DNA of 64,000 nucleotides, from contig NC_043005.1 of the NCBI RefSeq assembly GCF_006345805.1, positions 496,001 through 560,000 of the forward strand. The letters run 5' to 3'. The notes below the pieces were generated by a model. It did no database searches. It was not told where the DNA came from and saw only the letters and a list, made by a program, of their open reading frames with translations. How positions within the stretch are numbered: position 1 is the stretch's first letter; every line of letters starts with the position of its first letter. A program made the translations under genes and the position numbers. This document shows, piece after piece, positions 27,259 to 42,657 of the stretch. Source of the stretch: Octopus sinensis (lineage: Eukaryota).

Positions 27259-30188
27259 ACATCAGAGGACTACTAACACACAGTAACAGGACAAAAGTCC
27301 CGTTCTTGAGAGACTTTGTTGCATGCAATCAAGCCTTATGCATAGCACTTACGGAAACACACCTGAAACCGGACATAGCGGATGCGGAATTACACATACC
27401 ACAGTATGTTGTACTACGGACCGACAGAAAAGAAAGGAGTCATGGAGGAGTTGCTATGTACATCCGTGAGGACCTCACACCCCAGGTCCTTTTGTCATAC
27501 TCAAACTCGGTGTGTGACACACTAATTGTACATGTAAGGCAACTTGGTGTAGTTGTGTGTGCTACATATCGCCCTCCAGATGTCCCAAGCCATATGGGCA
27601 AGTTTGAGGACTGCCTTATAAAAATAGAAGAAGTTCTAGTCACACTAGAACAGCACATAAGTGTACTTCTCATGGGAGACTTCAACCTACGCAATGTCAG
27701 ATGGCCCGAGGGCTTTTCTCTCCCAGGAATGACACGATGTGAACGGGGACAGGCGAGGTCCCTCCTGAACCTCATCAACACCCTGTACATGGAGCAAGTA
27801 ATACTCCAACCAACCAGGGCAGGTAACACACTGGATCTCTGCTTCACAAATAATATGGATCTCATCCATAATGTGAAAGTGACACCGACACTACTCTCGG
27901 ATCACAATATGGTAGAGCTGACCATGTACGGGCCAAAGGAAAGCATGGGCATGCAGCCTACAAGAAACTCTCAGAATCTTTCCAGCTTGAACTTCAATAA
28001 GGCAAACTGGAAACAAATTGAGAAAGAGATCCTCAAACAAAACTGGCCTGAATGTCTCTCCTCGCCGGACATCGACATGAAACTTCAACAATTCATGTCT
28101 GTAATGCAAGCCATATGCTACAAGTGTGTCCCAGAGAGAAAGGCCACTGTACACAAGAACAAAATCCCCAGAGAGAGGAAAATTTTAATGAGACGGCGTA
28201 CAAAATTTCAAATCGCCTAAACAAAAAATTGAAAGCAGTGAAAAGTCCCGCCTGAAAATAAAACTATTGGAAATTGAGAAATGTCTGCAACTCTCCCATG
28301 AAAAGGAAAGAGCAGACAAAGAAGCCTGGGCTATAGACAACATAAAAACAAACCCCAGAGCTTTCTACAGGTATGCCAAAGAAACAGCTACGGTGCACTG
28401 TAGGATAGGGCCACTCCTTGAAAAGGATGGCACACTCACAGGAAAACCAATGAGGGTAAGTGAAATACTGAATGAGCAATTCAAGAGTGTTTTCACTCCA
28501 CCCCTTGGGCATTTCCAAATCAGCAATCCAACTGACTTCTTTACCACTGCAGGTATAAAATCAGAGGCGGCGACGATAAATTACATCGATATAAAGGAAG
28601 ACGATGTAATAAAGGCTATAGATGAAATGAAAACAGACTCAGCTATTGGCCCCGATGGATTCCCGGCAATCCTCCTAAAAGTATGTAAGAGAGTCCTAGC
28701 AAGACCACTGCAGTTCCTCTTTCAGAGCTTCCTTGCAGCTGGCAAACTTCCAAGAAAACTGAAGGAAGGTAAAATATGCCCTATTCATAAAGGAGGTAGC
28801 AGAGCGGAGGCCAAGAACTACAGACCTATCTCTCTCACCTCACACATCAGCAAGGTCATGGAACGAATAGTCAGAAGGAAACTAATCACCTTCCTTGAAG
28901 AAAATGACTTGCTGCCTGACACCCAACATGGTTTCCGACCAGGAAGAAGCTGCTTAACTCAGCTCCTACAACACTATGACTGGGTGCTGAAACAACTGCT
29001 CAACCACTCAAATGTGGAAGTCATATATCTCGACTTTGCAAAGGCCTTTGATAATTTCGATCATGGAATGATATGTCACAAACTGCGTGATCTTGGCATA
29101 GTTGGAAAATTGGGAGAATGGCTTCATGACTTTCTGAAGAATAGAAGTCAGGTGGTAACAGCCAATGGGGCCACTTCCATTAACACGCAAATAATGAGCG
29201 GTGTTCCGCAGGGCACTGTTTTGGGACCACTACTGTTCATAATGGCCCTCACAGACATGCCCTCAGCCACGCAGAGAGCTACGATCACAAGTTATGCAGA
29301 TGATACAAAAGTTTCACAGGCAATACAGAACCCTGAGGACACTAAGCACCTGCAATGTGAGCTGGACGAAATATACAAGTGGGCTGAAAAGAATAGCATG
29401 CAGTTCAATGCTGAAAAGTTTCAAGCTTTATACTATCAGCATGCAAAACTGAATGCAATACCCAATGAATACACTGGACCCGGAGGGATTGCAATCCCAG
29501 AGGCACAATCAGTGCGTGACCTGGGTATTCACATGAGTGATGACGCGACCTTTCATGTACATGTTGCTAAACTGGCAATGAAATGTAGACGGCTGGCTGG
29601 ATGGATTCTTAGAACCTTCAGAACAAGAGAACAAGAAACCATGATGGTCCTCTGGAAGACACTTGTCCTAAGCCACTTTGACTATTGCTCTCAGCTATGG
29701 TCACCATCCAGTGTCAAGATGATCACAGAACTTGAGGCGATCCAACGAAGCTACACGAAGAAGATAGCCTCTGTGCAGCATATGAGCTACTGGGAAAGAC
29801 TCAAGAGATTAAAGCTCTATTCGCTGGAGCGTAGGCGAGAAAGATATGCCACAATATATATCTGGAAGATCCTGGAAGGACTTGTCCCAAACTTTGGCAT
29901 CGAGAGTCACACAAATGCCAGAACCGGGCGCCATTGCGTAGTACCAAGGACTCCAAATTTGCCATCAAGATGTAGGACAAGATATTGTGATAGCCTGGGC
30001 TTCAGAGGCCCACAGCTCTTCAATATCCTCCCAAAGAACCTCAGGGACCTGCGTGGTGTAGATGCGGATGTCTTTAAAGTAGGAGTGGACCTCTTCCTGT
30101 CAGGTGTCCCGGATGAACCAACTTCACGGCAGGAGGTGCAGATGAGGGCAGCTGCATCGAACTCTCTCATGCATCAGATGGCGTTTGC
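27102..30188 (+). pseudogene. LINE C ORF2 (endonuclease plus RT), frame break near 28200-28265
   Basis: ORFs 27102-28220 and 28267-30264; the last codons of the latter run into (TA)n and SINE-a. Confidence 0.9.
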
Positions 30189-30206
30189 TATATATATATA
30201 TATATT

Positions 30207-30440
30207 GCCGGGGGGGGAGTGTTTGTCTATCTGTCTCTGTTTATCTCCACCTCTCATCGATTGATAACTGAAGCTGATGTGTTTACATCCCTGTCACGTA
30301 GCGGTTCGCCAAAAGAATCTGATGGAATAAGTACTATGCTTACCAATAATAAGTCTTGGCGTCTATTTGTTCGCCTATGTGCGGTGCCACAGCATGGCCG
30401 TATTCAAGTTACTGAGAAAAGTAAAAGAATAAAAGAATAT

Positions 30441-30502
<62 letters not shown>

Positions 30503-30547
30503 GTATATATATATATATATATATAAATATATATATCTGTATATATG

Positions 30548-30592
<45 letters not shown>

Positions 30593-33500
30593 ATATATAG
30601 ATATATATATAATATATATGTAATATTTGTATTCTGTCTGTGTTTTGTCCCCCACTTTCACTTCAGAAACTGAAACTTTAAATTCACAAATCTAAACATC
30701 ACACACACACACAACACACAATGGCGTCATTGTTCAGGAATCTTTATATTGATAAACAGGTAAGGAATGTGTGCATACACCCACCCACATACAATGGCTT
30801 CGTTGTTATGGAGATCTTTATATTGATAAATCTAATGATCTCGTTGCATTTGCAAACAGTATAGCTTTCCCTAATCAGGAAGGCTAAACTCTGGAGCTTG
30901 ACGTTCTGATTGGACCAAGTGGTGTCCTGGTTGTGCATCAAGCATCAGGTTTAAATTTTATTCATACTTTATTATTTTTGTTTGTTTGTTACTTTGGTCT
31001 ACGTGTTTTTCAAATCTGGGCTTCGTTTCCGGCCTAGGGTTACACAATTTCTGCATATTTTCTTTATGAAACTTTACTGCTTTTATTCGTTCCTTTTTTG
31101 TTTTTCTTTTCGTTTTGCTCTCTTCTGTTTTCTATTTTTTATTTTTAAGTCTCTTATTCTCTTTGTTTTTTTTTGTTTTTACCTGACACACACTTAACCG
31201 GTTGAATGGAACTTCTCACAGCATCTTCCGTTTCACTTTCCGTACCAACTTTCATTCCTGCAATTTATACTATTTCCAGATTAACGTTCTGCTAGAAAAC
31301 AAAGACGAATTCTCAGAAATTCATTGTCTTCAGCTCCCTATCTTCTCAGATTCTCACACATAAACTGCACTGAACTTTATATATTTTTCATTGGCTTTCG
31401 TAATTTTATTCACAGTTCTTATTCACATGAAACCGCTAATGATTCTACCAATAAATATTTATGAAAACCCCTCTTTCCTGACGGATGGTTGCGGTAAGCT
31501 AAATGTCGTAATCTCTCCGTTTTGTAATCAAATAGAGGAGATTCAATTCAAGGGAGACATGTTTTAGTTTCAAATATTTTTGACTTGCAAATTGTTGCAT
31601 GGAATCCCTTCTCGATGACGCGTACCCTAAAACGCATGGATTAAATCAACTCTTCCGTCTTCTTCACTAAGCCTTTCACAAAACTAAATCTTTCTTGGTG
31701 GAATTTGAATATTTAAACTAAATATAGGACTAGATATTCATATGTGACGCTTGATAGCTTTCCTCTCTGTAGACAGCGTTGTATAATTAACGAGCGGAGA
31801 ATAACTAGGACAATACTCCATTCCGTGTTTCCTCCTCTCGTAATAGAAGCGTCGGGTGTCTGTCATGATACACGGATAGTCTTGGACATTCAAACCATAC
31901 TGGTTCTTGTGTTTCACGAGCTCTGACAGAAACAGAATCCTTGCAGTGAGGAAGAAAAGGAGGCAGAGAGATGAGAATCGGCACAAAGAAGGGAATTAGT
32001 AATTTATCGATAATGAAACAGCGAAAGGCATAAGTGGCCTGAGAGATGAGATTCGGACAAGAATGTAGAGAAAAGGAAAGACTACACAAGAAATTCTGTT
32101 GCATGCCAATCCGATGCCAATGTTTGCTAATAGTAATGGTGCAGTGGAACATAACATATATAGCAGGGTCACTAGCATAGCTGGCGTGGGGCGGTAAGTG
32201 TGGTCCGCCAGGGTGGCACTTTTAAAGGGGTCTGGATGCGGCAAACGTAGGGGCCACCCCGGGCAGCACACATTCTAGCTCCGTTAGTGAGCACGGTGTA
32301 TACATTTTATTTATATAATAGTAATGGAAGCACTTGAGTTTAGAAAGTAATCCGTGCTCCGTGTGGCAGATCTGATCCAATAAAGCGGTAATTACGAAAG
32401 GTCTGTATTTCTAGGAACAATGGAGGCAGTTCTGAGAATCTGGCTCCGAAATATCGTTTGCCGTGTGTTGGGAGAAACTGTTGGAAAGTTTCGACTCACT
32501 CGCATAGGAAAGAATTTATGTGAGAGAAGCGCAACTATTTGTATAGACATAAAAATCAATAATAATTTATAAGCTAGGCAAAGAATGCCTACAGAAATAA
32601 ACACACATGGGGAGCGCCCTGTATTGAGCCTCTTTATGTTGAAGCATCTGCAGACGTATGACAAGTGGTGAAACATCATTTCACTATGGCAATATGAAAT
32701 GGAAATATTTATCGACTTCCTACACACACAGTATAAAACTCATGATCTCAGGAACGACTCGTTGCAAACAAACACAGGTGGAGTCACCTGCTCTACCTCA
32801 CCAATGCCTAGTCAAGGAACAAGTTATACTCAGACCAACTAGGGAAAATAACATTTTGGATCTCTGCTTCACAATCAATATAGACATCATTCATGATGTG
32901 AAAGTTACGCCGACATTAGTCTCGGATCACAACATAATAGAGCTTTCTATATTTGGGCCGAAAGTAGCCAGAGGCATACAGCCAAAAGGAAGCACCCGAA
33001 ATCTCTCCAATCGGAACTTCCACAAAGTAGACTGGAAACCGATCCAAAAAGAGATCCGCAGACAACTGTCCGAAATGTCTCTCGGCACCAGACGTTGGCA
33101 TGAAACTAGAATATTTCATGTCTGTTATGCAAGCCATATGCCAGAAATATGTTCCAGAGCACAAGGCCACAACAAATAGGAACAAGATTCCAAAGGAGAG
33201 GAAGATTCTCATGAGACGACGGACGAAGGTTGCAAATCGCCTCAACCAACATGCCAAAAGTAGTGAAAGGTCCCGCCTAAAAACAACACTGATGTAGATT
33301 GGAAAAAGCTTGCAACAATTTTATGAGAGGGAGAGAGCAGACAAAGAAGCCTGGGTTAGTAAAAACATTAAGTGAAATCCAAAGACCTTCTTTCATTACG
33401 CCACAGAAACAGCATCAATACACCGCAAGATAGGATCCCTCTTCCTAAAGGATGGCACCCTCACAGAAAGCCCAACCAGGATCAGTGAGGTACTGAATGA

Positions 33501-35280
33501 CCAATTCAAAAGTGTCTTTATCACTCCGTTGGAACACAGACAAGTGAATCAACCGGTGGACTTTTTTGCCGCCTCACCTATAACCAGCGAGGCAATTACG
33601 TTGGGATACATCGACATCAGCGAAGAAGATTACTAACCATAGATGAAGTGGACGCAAATTCAACTGATTGTCCTGATGGTTTACCAGCAATCCTCCTCAA
33701 ATCGTGTAAGCATGCCCTGGCAAACCCTCCAGATTTTCTTCCAGAGCTTTCTTGCAAATGGCAGACTGCCAAGCAAGCTGAAGGAGGGAATAATATGCCC
33801 AGTCAACAAAGGAAGCAGAGCAGATGCCAAAAACTATTGGCATATCTCTCTGACTTCACACATCAGCAAAGTCATGGAACAGATCGTCAGAGGGAAACCA
33901 ATTGCATACCTTGAAGAAAATGATTTATTGAGTGATACCCAGCATGACTTTCGAACAGGTAGGAGCTGCCTGACCCAGCTCTTACAACATTATGAATTGG
34001 TGTCGAGGCAGTTACTCAACAACTCAAATGTGGACATAACATACCTTGATGTCGCAAAAGCTGTTGATTAGGGTATAATATGCACAAACTGCGAATTCTC
34101 GGCATAGCTGGAAAACTTGTAGAGTGGTTACATGACTTTCTGAAAGATAGAAGTCAGGAAGTAGTGGCCAATAGCGCCTCCTCAACGAAAACACAAATAG
34201 TGAGCGGTGTTCCACAGGGCACTGTCTTGGCACTGCTGCTTTTCATAGTGGCCCTCTTAGATATGCCCTCAACTGCCCGGATAGCTACCCTTGCAAGGTA
34301 CGCAGACGATACGAATGTCTCGTAGAAAATACAGAAGCCCAGCAATGTTGCACACCTGCAGCAGGAGATGACCTCAATTTACAGATGGGCTGAGGATAAT
34401 AATATGCAGTTAATGCTGAAAAATTCCAAGCCCTGCGCTACCAGCATCCAAACTGAATATGAAACTTACAGGGTACACTGGTCCACAGGGAATTTCAATC
34501 CCAGAGCCTAAGTCAATGAAGGACCTGGGTATCGACACGTGTGATGATACCGGTTTTCAAGGCACATTACCAGGATGGTGACAAAGTGCAGGCGACTGAC
34601 TCGATGGATCCTGAGAATATTCAGAACGAGCGAGAAGGAAACCATGATGGTCCTCTGGAGGACATTCTTCTCCAGCCGCATGGATTCCTGCTTCCAGCTA
34701 TGGTCACCCAACAGTGTAAAATTAACAGCGGACCTTGAAGCAATCCAGCGAAGCTTCACAAAGAATATGGTCTCATTGCAACAGCTCAGCTAATTGGAAA
34801 GGCTGCAACAGCTAAGACTCTACTCCCTGAAGCTAAGGCGGGAGAGGTATAGTAATATATACATCTGGAAGATCCTGGAAGGAATTGTGCCAAATTTTGG
34901 CATTGGAAGCTACATCAATGCAAAGAACGGGTCGACACTGTACAGTGCCAAATATCCCCGCAATGCCATCGAGCTTCAGGACCAGTTACTGCAACAACCT
35001 GTGTTTCGGGGGCCCACATCTTGTTTAATATTCTCCCAAAGACCTGAGGAATCTGCACAAAGTAAATGTAGGCGTTTTTCAATCAAAGCTGGACGTCTTC
35101 CTGTCGAGAGTCCCAATGAACGTACCTCAAGGCAAGAGGTGCAAATGAGGGTAGCTATATCAAACTCCATTCTAAACCAAGTGGCATATATTAGAGGAGG
35201 ATCTCAGTAATCAGTGTAGCAAAACAGCGGTGCTCCAACATGGCCACAGCAATGAGCTGAAATTATAAAAATGTATGTAC

Positions 35281-35319
<39 letters not shown>

Positions 35320-35658
35320 AAAAGCGCATGGCTCAGTGGTTAGAGCGTCGAGCTTACGATCGTGAGGTTGGGAGCTCGAATCCCGGACCGGGCTGCGTGT
35401 TGTGTTCTTGAGCAAGGCACTTTATTTCACGTTGCTCCAGTTCACTCAGCTGTAGAAATGAGTTGCGACGTCACTGGTGCCAAGCTGTATCGACCTTTGT
35501 CTTTCCTTTGGATAACACTGGTGGCTTGGAGAGGGGAGGCTGGTATGCATGGGCGACTGCTGGTCTTCCATAAACAACCTTGCCCGGACTTGTGTCTAGG
35601 AGGGTAACATTCTAGGTGCAATCCCATGGTCATTCATGACCGAAGGGGGTCTTTACCC

Positions 35659-35703
<45 letters not shown>

Positions 35704-35780
35704 CTTATATATATATATATATATATATGTATATACATATATATATTTATAATATATATGTATATACATATATATATATA
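30207..35780 (+). repeat. Composite tandem unit, copy 3
   Basis: Lacks the second SINE tail. LINE A at ~32653-35272 without the 370-bp deletion; SINE-b at ~35324-35662. Confidence 0.95.
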
Positions 35781-35781
35781 T

Positions 35782-37284
35782 GTCTGTTGTCCCAGTTTTC
35801 AAAAGGGAAACAAGTCCCTTGCAGTGAACTACCGTCCGATCTCACTCACCTCTCATATCATCAAGGTATTTGAGAGGGTGGTGAGATCTCGAATAACCCA
35901 ATTACTGGAAAGCAACAGACGGCTGATCTCCAACCAACATGGGTTCCGTAATGGAAGGGACTGCCTAACGCAGCTCCTGCATCACTTTGATGACATTTTG
36001 AGAGCTTTGGGAGAGGGCTCCAACACCGATGTCATCTACCTTGATTTCAGTAAGGCCTTCGACAGGGTCGATCACAAGATCCTATTGAAAAAACTATCCA
36101 ACATTGGTGTCTCTGGAAAGTTACTGAAATGGATCAAGTGTTTCCTGACAGACAGATCTCAACATGTTGTAGTTGAAGGGGTAAAATCAAGCCCAGCCAA
36201 AGTCAGTAGTGGCGTTCCGCAAGGCACTGTGCTGGCCCACTTCTTTTCATCATTTAATTACATTATGACATTAATGACATCATCAAGCACAGCAACATAA
36301 AATCTTTGCAGATGATTCCAAGCTACAGAAGGTCATAAATGAGGCGAGTGACCGGACATGCCTTCAGTCAGATCTACTGGCTGTTATCCAATGGGCAGAA
36401 AAAAACAATATGCTGCTGAACGAGGATAAATTTGAGTTAATCCACTTTGGAAAAGAGGATGCCCTGAACTCCCATACTCCCTTCCTTCAGGTGAAACTCT
36501 CGCGGCATCCAACAACATCAGAGACTTGGGAGTAATTGTGGACAACAACATAAGCTGGGCCACTCATATAAGCACCAAAGTTGACATGGCCCGCAGAATG
36601 TGTTCCTGGATTCTCACAATTTTCCAGTCGAGAGATATCCACACCATTATCCTTCTCTTCTCCACTTTTGCCCGACCCCACCTTGAATACTGTTGTCCAC
36701 TGTGGTCTCCCCACACAATACAAGGTATCATAAAGGTTGAAGCACCTCAAAGGGCAATCACAAAAAAGATAGATGGCATGACAGGCCTCAACTATTGGGG
36801 TCGACTAGAAAAGCTGAAACTTTATTCTCTCCAACGTCGTCGTGAGCGCTACATCATCTGCATGATGTGGAAAATATTCCATCAGCATTGCCCAAATGAT
36901 GTTGGCATCACCTTTAAGGTACATCCAAGGCTTGGGCCCCGTGCCATCCGCCCAAAACAAAAATCGCACTCTCATCTCATAACAACAATACGGCACAATT
37001 ATTTCACCTCAATTGGCGCCGCTCTCTTTAACATTACACCAAAACACATTAAAACAGAAACTGACCCTATAGGGTTCAAGAAGTCTTTGGACAGATTCCT
37101 TCAAGAAATCCCGGATAAACCCCCTACACCCGGATATGTCTCTGTAAACAATAACTCTCTACTTGAGTGGGCCATAGTGCCCAAATTCTGACTTGAAAGA
37201 CTTCACCAGGTGGTGCTATTAAGTTAGACATGGCCTGGGCCAATAATGGCCGAAACCTATCAAAGTATCAAAGTATCAAAGTAT
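35782..37284 (+). mobile_element. LINE family B, 5'-truncated copy 2 (opposite orientation to copy 1)
   Basis: Reverse complement of ~14172-15685 with a few substitutions (AIVPKF vs AIMPKF, HIKTE vs HIETE); (AAAGTATC)n tail. Confidence 0.92.
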
Positions 37285-37288
37285 ATAC

Positions 37289-37319
<31 letters not shown>

Positions 37320-37332
37320 CATATATATATAC

Positions 37333-37406
<74 letters not shown>

Positions 37407-37477
37407 GTATATACATAAGGTTAATCCAAACGAGAAAACAGAAAAAGACAACAACAAAGAGGTGGAACAATTAAAGT

Positions 37478-37509
<32 letters not shown>

Positions 37510-37532
37510 CATATATATATTATATATATATA

Positions 37533-37580
<48 letters not shown>

Positions 37581-37585
37581 TATAT

Positions 37586-37847
37586 GACCGGGGGGGGAGT
37601 GGTCTGTCTATCTGTCTCTGTTTATCTCAACCTCTCATCGATTGATAACTGAAGCTGATGTGTTTACATCCCTGTCACGTAGTTGGTTCGCCAAAAGAAT
37701 CTGCTGGAATAAGTACTATGCCTACCAAGAATAAGTCTTGGCGTCTATTTGTTCGCCTATGTGCGGTGCCTCAGCATGGCCGTATTCAAGTTACTGAGAA
37801 AGTAAAAGAATAAAAGAATATATTCACACACACACACACACACACCA

Positions 37848-37933
<86 letters not shown>

Positions 37934-40900
37934 TATATGTATATATATATTATCTTTTAGTTGTCCCCCACTTTCACTTCAGAACTGAAATCTTTATATT
38001 CATAATATATAAAGATCTCGTTGCATTAATATATAGCTTTCACTAATCAGGAATCTTTATATTGATAAACAGGTAATGAATGTGTGCATACCCCCCCACA
38101 TACAATGGCTTCGTGGAGATCTTTATATTGATAATCTAATGATCTCGTTTCATTGCAAACAGTATAGCTTTCACTAATCAGGAAGGCTAAACTCTGGAGC
38201 TTGAGTTCTGATTGGACCAAGTGGTGTCCTGGTTGTGCATCAAGCATCAGGTTTAATTTATTCATGCTTATTATTTTTGTTTGTTTGTTACTTTGGTCTA
38301 CGTGTTTTTTCAAATCTGGGCTTCGTTTCCGGCCTAGGGTTATACAATTTCAGCATATTTTCTTATGAAACTGTACTGCTTTTTTCGTTCCTTTTTTGTT
38401 TTTTCTCTTTCGTTTTGCTCTCTTCTGTTTTTCTATTTTTATTTTTAAGTCTCTTATTCTCTTTTGTTTTTTTGTTTTGTTTTTAACCTCACACACACTT
38501 AACGGTTGAATGGAACTTCTCACAGCATCTTCCGTTTCACTTTCCGTACCAACTTTCATTCCTGCAATTTATACTATTTCCAGATTAACGTTCTGCTAAA
38601 AAACAAAGACGAATTCTCAGAAATTCATTGTCTTCAGCTCCCTATCTTCTCAGATTCTCACACATAAACTGCACTGAACTTTATATATTTTTCATTGGCT
38701 TTCGTAATTTTATTCACAGTTCTTATTCACATGAAACCTCTTATGATTCTACCATAAAATTTTATAAAACCCCTTTTTCGTAACGGATGGTTTCGGTCAG
38801 CTAAATGTCGTAATCTCTCCGTTTTGTAATCAAATAGAGGAGATACAATTCAAGGGAGACATGTTTTAGTTTCAAATATTCTTCACTTGCAAATTGTTGC
38901 ATGGAATCCCTTCTCGATGACGCGTACCCTAAAACGCATGGATTAATCAACTCTTCCGTCTCTTCACTAAGCCTTTCACATAACTAAATCTTTCTTGGTG
39001 GAATTTGAATATTTAAACTGAATATAGGACTAGATATTCATATGAGACGCTTGATAGCTTTCCTCTTTGTAGAGAGCGTTGTATAATTAACGAGCGGAGA
39101 ATAACTCGGGCAATACTCCATTCCGTGTGTCCTCCTCTCGTAATAGAAGCGTCGGGTGGCTGTCATGATACACGATAGTCCTTGGACATTCAAACCATGC
39201 TGGTTCTCGTGTTCACGAGCTCTGACAGAAACAGAATCCTTGCAGTGAGGAAGAAAGGAGGCAGAGAGATGAGAATCGGCACAAAGAAGGAATAGTAATT
39301 TATCGATAATGAAACAGCGAAAGGCATAAGTGGCCTGAGAGATGGATTCGGACAAGAATGTAGAGAAAAGGAAAGACTACACAAGAAATTCTGTTGCATG
39401 CAATCCGATGCCAATGTTTGCTAATAGTAATGGTGCAGTGGAACATAACATATTAGCAGGGTCACTAGCATAGCTGGCGTAGGGCGGTAGGTTTGGTCCG
39501 CCAGGGCGGCACTTTTAAAGGGGTCTGGATGCGGCAAACGATGGGCCACCCCGGGCGGCACAATTCTAGCTCCGTTAGTGAGCACGGTGTATACATTTCT
39601 TTTATACAATATTAATGGAAGCACTTGAGTGGAGAAAGTAATCCGTGCTCCGTGTGGCAGAACTGATCCAAATAGCGGTAATTACGAAAGGTCTGTATTT
39701 CTAGGAACAATGGAGGCATTCTGAGAAACTGGCTCCGAAATATCGTTGCCGTGGTTGGGGGAGAAACTGTTGGAAATTTTCGACTCACTCGCATAGGAAA
39801 GAATTTATGTGAGAGAAGCGCAACTATTTGTATAGACAAAAAATCAATAATAATTTATAAGCTAGGCAAAGAATGCTTTCAGAAATACACACAAATGGGG
39901 AGCGCCCTGTATTGAGCCTCTTTATGTCGAAGCATCTGCAGACGTATGACAAGTGGTGAAACATCATTTCACTATGGCAATATGAAATGGAAATATTTAT
40001 CGACTTCCTACACACACTGTAATAAGACTCATGCTCTCAGAACGACTCATTGCAAACAAACACAGGTGGAGTCACCTGCTCTACCACCTCACCAATGCCC
40101 TAGTCATGGAACAAGTTGTACTCAGACCAACTAGGGAAATAACATTTTGGATCTCTGCTTCACAAACAATATAGACATCATTCATGATGTGAAAGTAACG
40201 CCGACATTAGTCTCGATCACAACATAATAGACTTTTCTATGTTTGGGCCGAAAGTAAGCCAGAGGCATACAGCCAAAAGGAAGCACCCGAAATCTCTCAA
40301 TCGGAACTTCCACAAAGTAGACTGGAAACCGATCCAAAAAGAGATCCGCAGACACTGTCCGAAATGTCTCTCCACACCAGACATTGGCATGAAACTAGAA
40401 TATTTCATGTCTGTTATGCAAGCCATATGCCAGAAATATGTTCCAGAGCACAAGGCCACAACAAATAGGAACAAGATTCCAAAGGAGAGGAAGATTCTCA
40501 TGATTACGGACGAATTGCAAATCGCCTCAACCAACATGCCAAAAGTAGTGAAAGGTCCCGCCTAAAAACAACACTGATGTAGATTGGAAAAGCTTGAAAC
40601 AATTTTATGGGAGGGAGAGAGTAGACAACGAAGCCTGGGTTAGTAAAACATTAGTAAAAAACAAGCCTTCTTTCAAATACGGCAGACTGGCAGAAGCAAT
40701 CCTGAAGGAGGGATAATATAGCCCAATCAAAAGGAGGCAGATGCCAAAACCATAGGATATCTCTCTGACTTCACACATCAGCAAAGTCAAGGACAGATCG
40801 TCAGAGGAAACCAATTGCATACCTTAAGAAAATAATTTGTGAGTGATACCCAGCATGACTTTCGAACAGGTAGGAGCTGCCTGACCCAGCTCTTAACATT

Positions 40901-42206
40901 ATGACTTGGTGTCGAGGCAGTTACTCAACAACTCAAATGTGGACGTAACATACCTTGATTGTCGCAAAAGCTGTTTTTGATTAGGGTATTAGATAATATG
41001 CCACAAACTGCGAATTCTCGGCGCGTAGCAGGAAAACTTGTTGATGTGGTTACATGACTTTCTGAAAGATAGAAGTCAGGAAGTAGTGGCCAATGGTGCC
41101 TCCTCAACGAAACACAAATAGTGAGCGGTGTTCCACAGGGCACTGTCTTGGCACTGCTGCTTTTCATAGTGGCCCTCTTAGATATGCCCTCAACGCCCGG
41201 ATAGCTACCCTTGCAAGGTACGCAGACGATACGAATGTCTCGTAGAAAATACAGAAGCCCGGCAATGTTGCACACCGCAGCAGGAGATGAACTCAATTAC
41301 AGATGGGCTGAGGATAATATATGCAGTTAAATGCTGAAAAATTCCAAGCCCTGCGCTACCAGCATCCAAAACTGAATATGAAACTTACAGGGTACACTGG
41401 TCCACAGGGAATTTAATCCCAGAGCCTAAGTCAATGAAGGACCTGGGTATCGACATGCGTGATGATACCGCTTTTCAAGTGCACATTACCAGGATGGTGA
41501 CAAAGTGCAGACAACTGACTCGATGGATCCTGAGAATTTCAGACGAGCGAGAAGGAAACCACGATGGTCCTCTGGAGGACATTCTTCTCCAGCTGCATGG
41601 ATTCCTGCTTCCAGCTATGGTCACCCAACAGTGTAAAATTAACAGCGGACCTTGAAGCAATCCAGCGAAGCTTCACAAAGAAGATCGTCTCATCTCATTG
41701 CAACAGCTCAGCTAATTGGAAAGGCTGCAACAGCTAAGACTCTACTCCCTGAAGCTAAGGCGGAGAGGTATGCAGTAATATATACATCTGGAAGATCCTG
41801 GAAGGAATTGTGCCAAATTTTGTGACATTGAAGCTACATCAATGCAAGGAACGGGTCGACACCGCGCACTGCCAAATATCCCAGCAATGCCATCGAGCTT
41901 CAGGACCATTCTGCAACAACCTGTGTTTCGGGGCCCACATCTTGTTTAATATTCTCCCAAAGAACCTGAGGAATCTGCACAAGTATATGTAGGCGTTTTT
42001 CAATCAAGCTGGACGTCTTCCTGTCGAGAGTCCCAGATGAACGTACCTCAAGGCAAGAGTGCAAATAAGGGTAGCTATATCAAACTCCATTCTAAACCAA
42101 GTGGCATATATTAGAGGAGGATCTCAGTAATCAGTGTACAAAACAGCGGTGCTCCAACATGGCCACAGCAAATGAGCTGAAATTATAAAAATGTATGTAC
42201 ATATTT

Positions 42207-42242
<36 letters not shown>

Positions 42243-42618
42243 GTATAAAAGCGCATGGCTCAGTGGTTAGAGCGTCGAGCTTACGATCGTGAGTTGTGAG
42301 CTCGAATCCCGTACCGGGCTGCGTGTTGTGTTCTTGAGCAAGGCACTTTATTTACACGTTGCTCCAGTTCACTCAGCTGTAGAAATGAGTTGCGACGTCA
42401 CTGGTGCCAAGCTGTATCGACCTTGTCTTTCCCTGGATAACATTGGTGGCGTGGAGAGGGGAGCTGGTATGCATGGGCGACTGCTGGTCTTCCGTAAACA
42501 ACCTTGCCCGACTTGTGTCTAGGAGGGCAACAGTCTAGGTGCAATCCCATGGTCATTCATGAACGAAGGGGGTCTTTCCCCTTTATATATCTATTGATAT
42601 ATATAATATATATATATG

Positions 42619-42657
<39 letters not shown>

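Larger units (their letters stand above)
25021..30188 (+). mobile_element. CR1-group LINE family C, copy 1, near full-length; last ~100 nt of 3' end missing; 5' end uncertain
   Basis: Myb-like ORF, CCCH ORF and ORF2 with endonuclease (LTETHL, MGDFNL) and RT (YLDFAKAFD, GVPQGTVLGP, YADD). Confidence 0.9.

Noticed and set aside
27440-27865. Antisense ORFs overlapping LINE and PLE coding regions
   Set aside because: Shadow frames of RT and endonuclease genes with no independent motifs.
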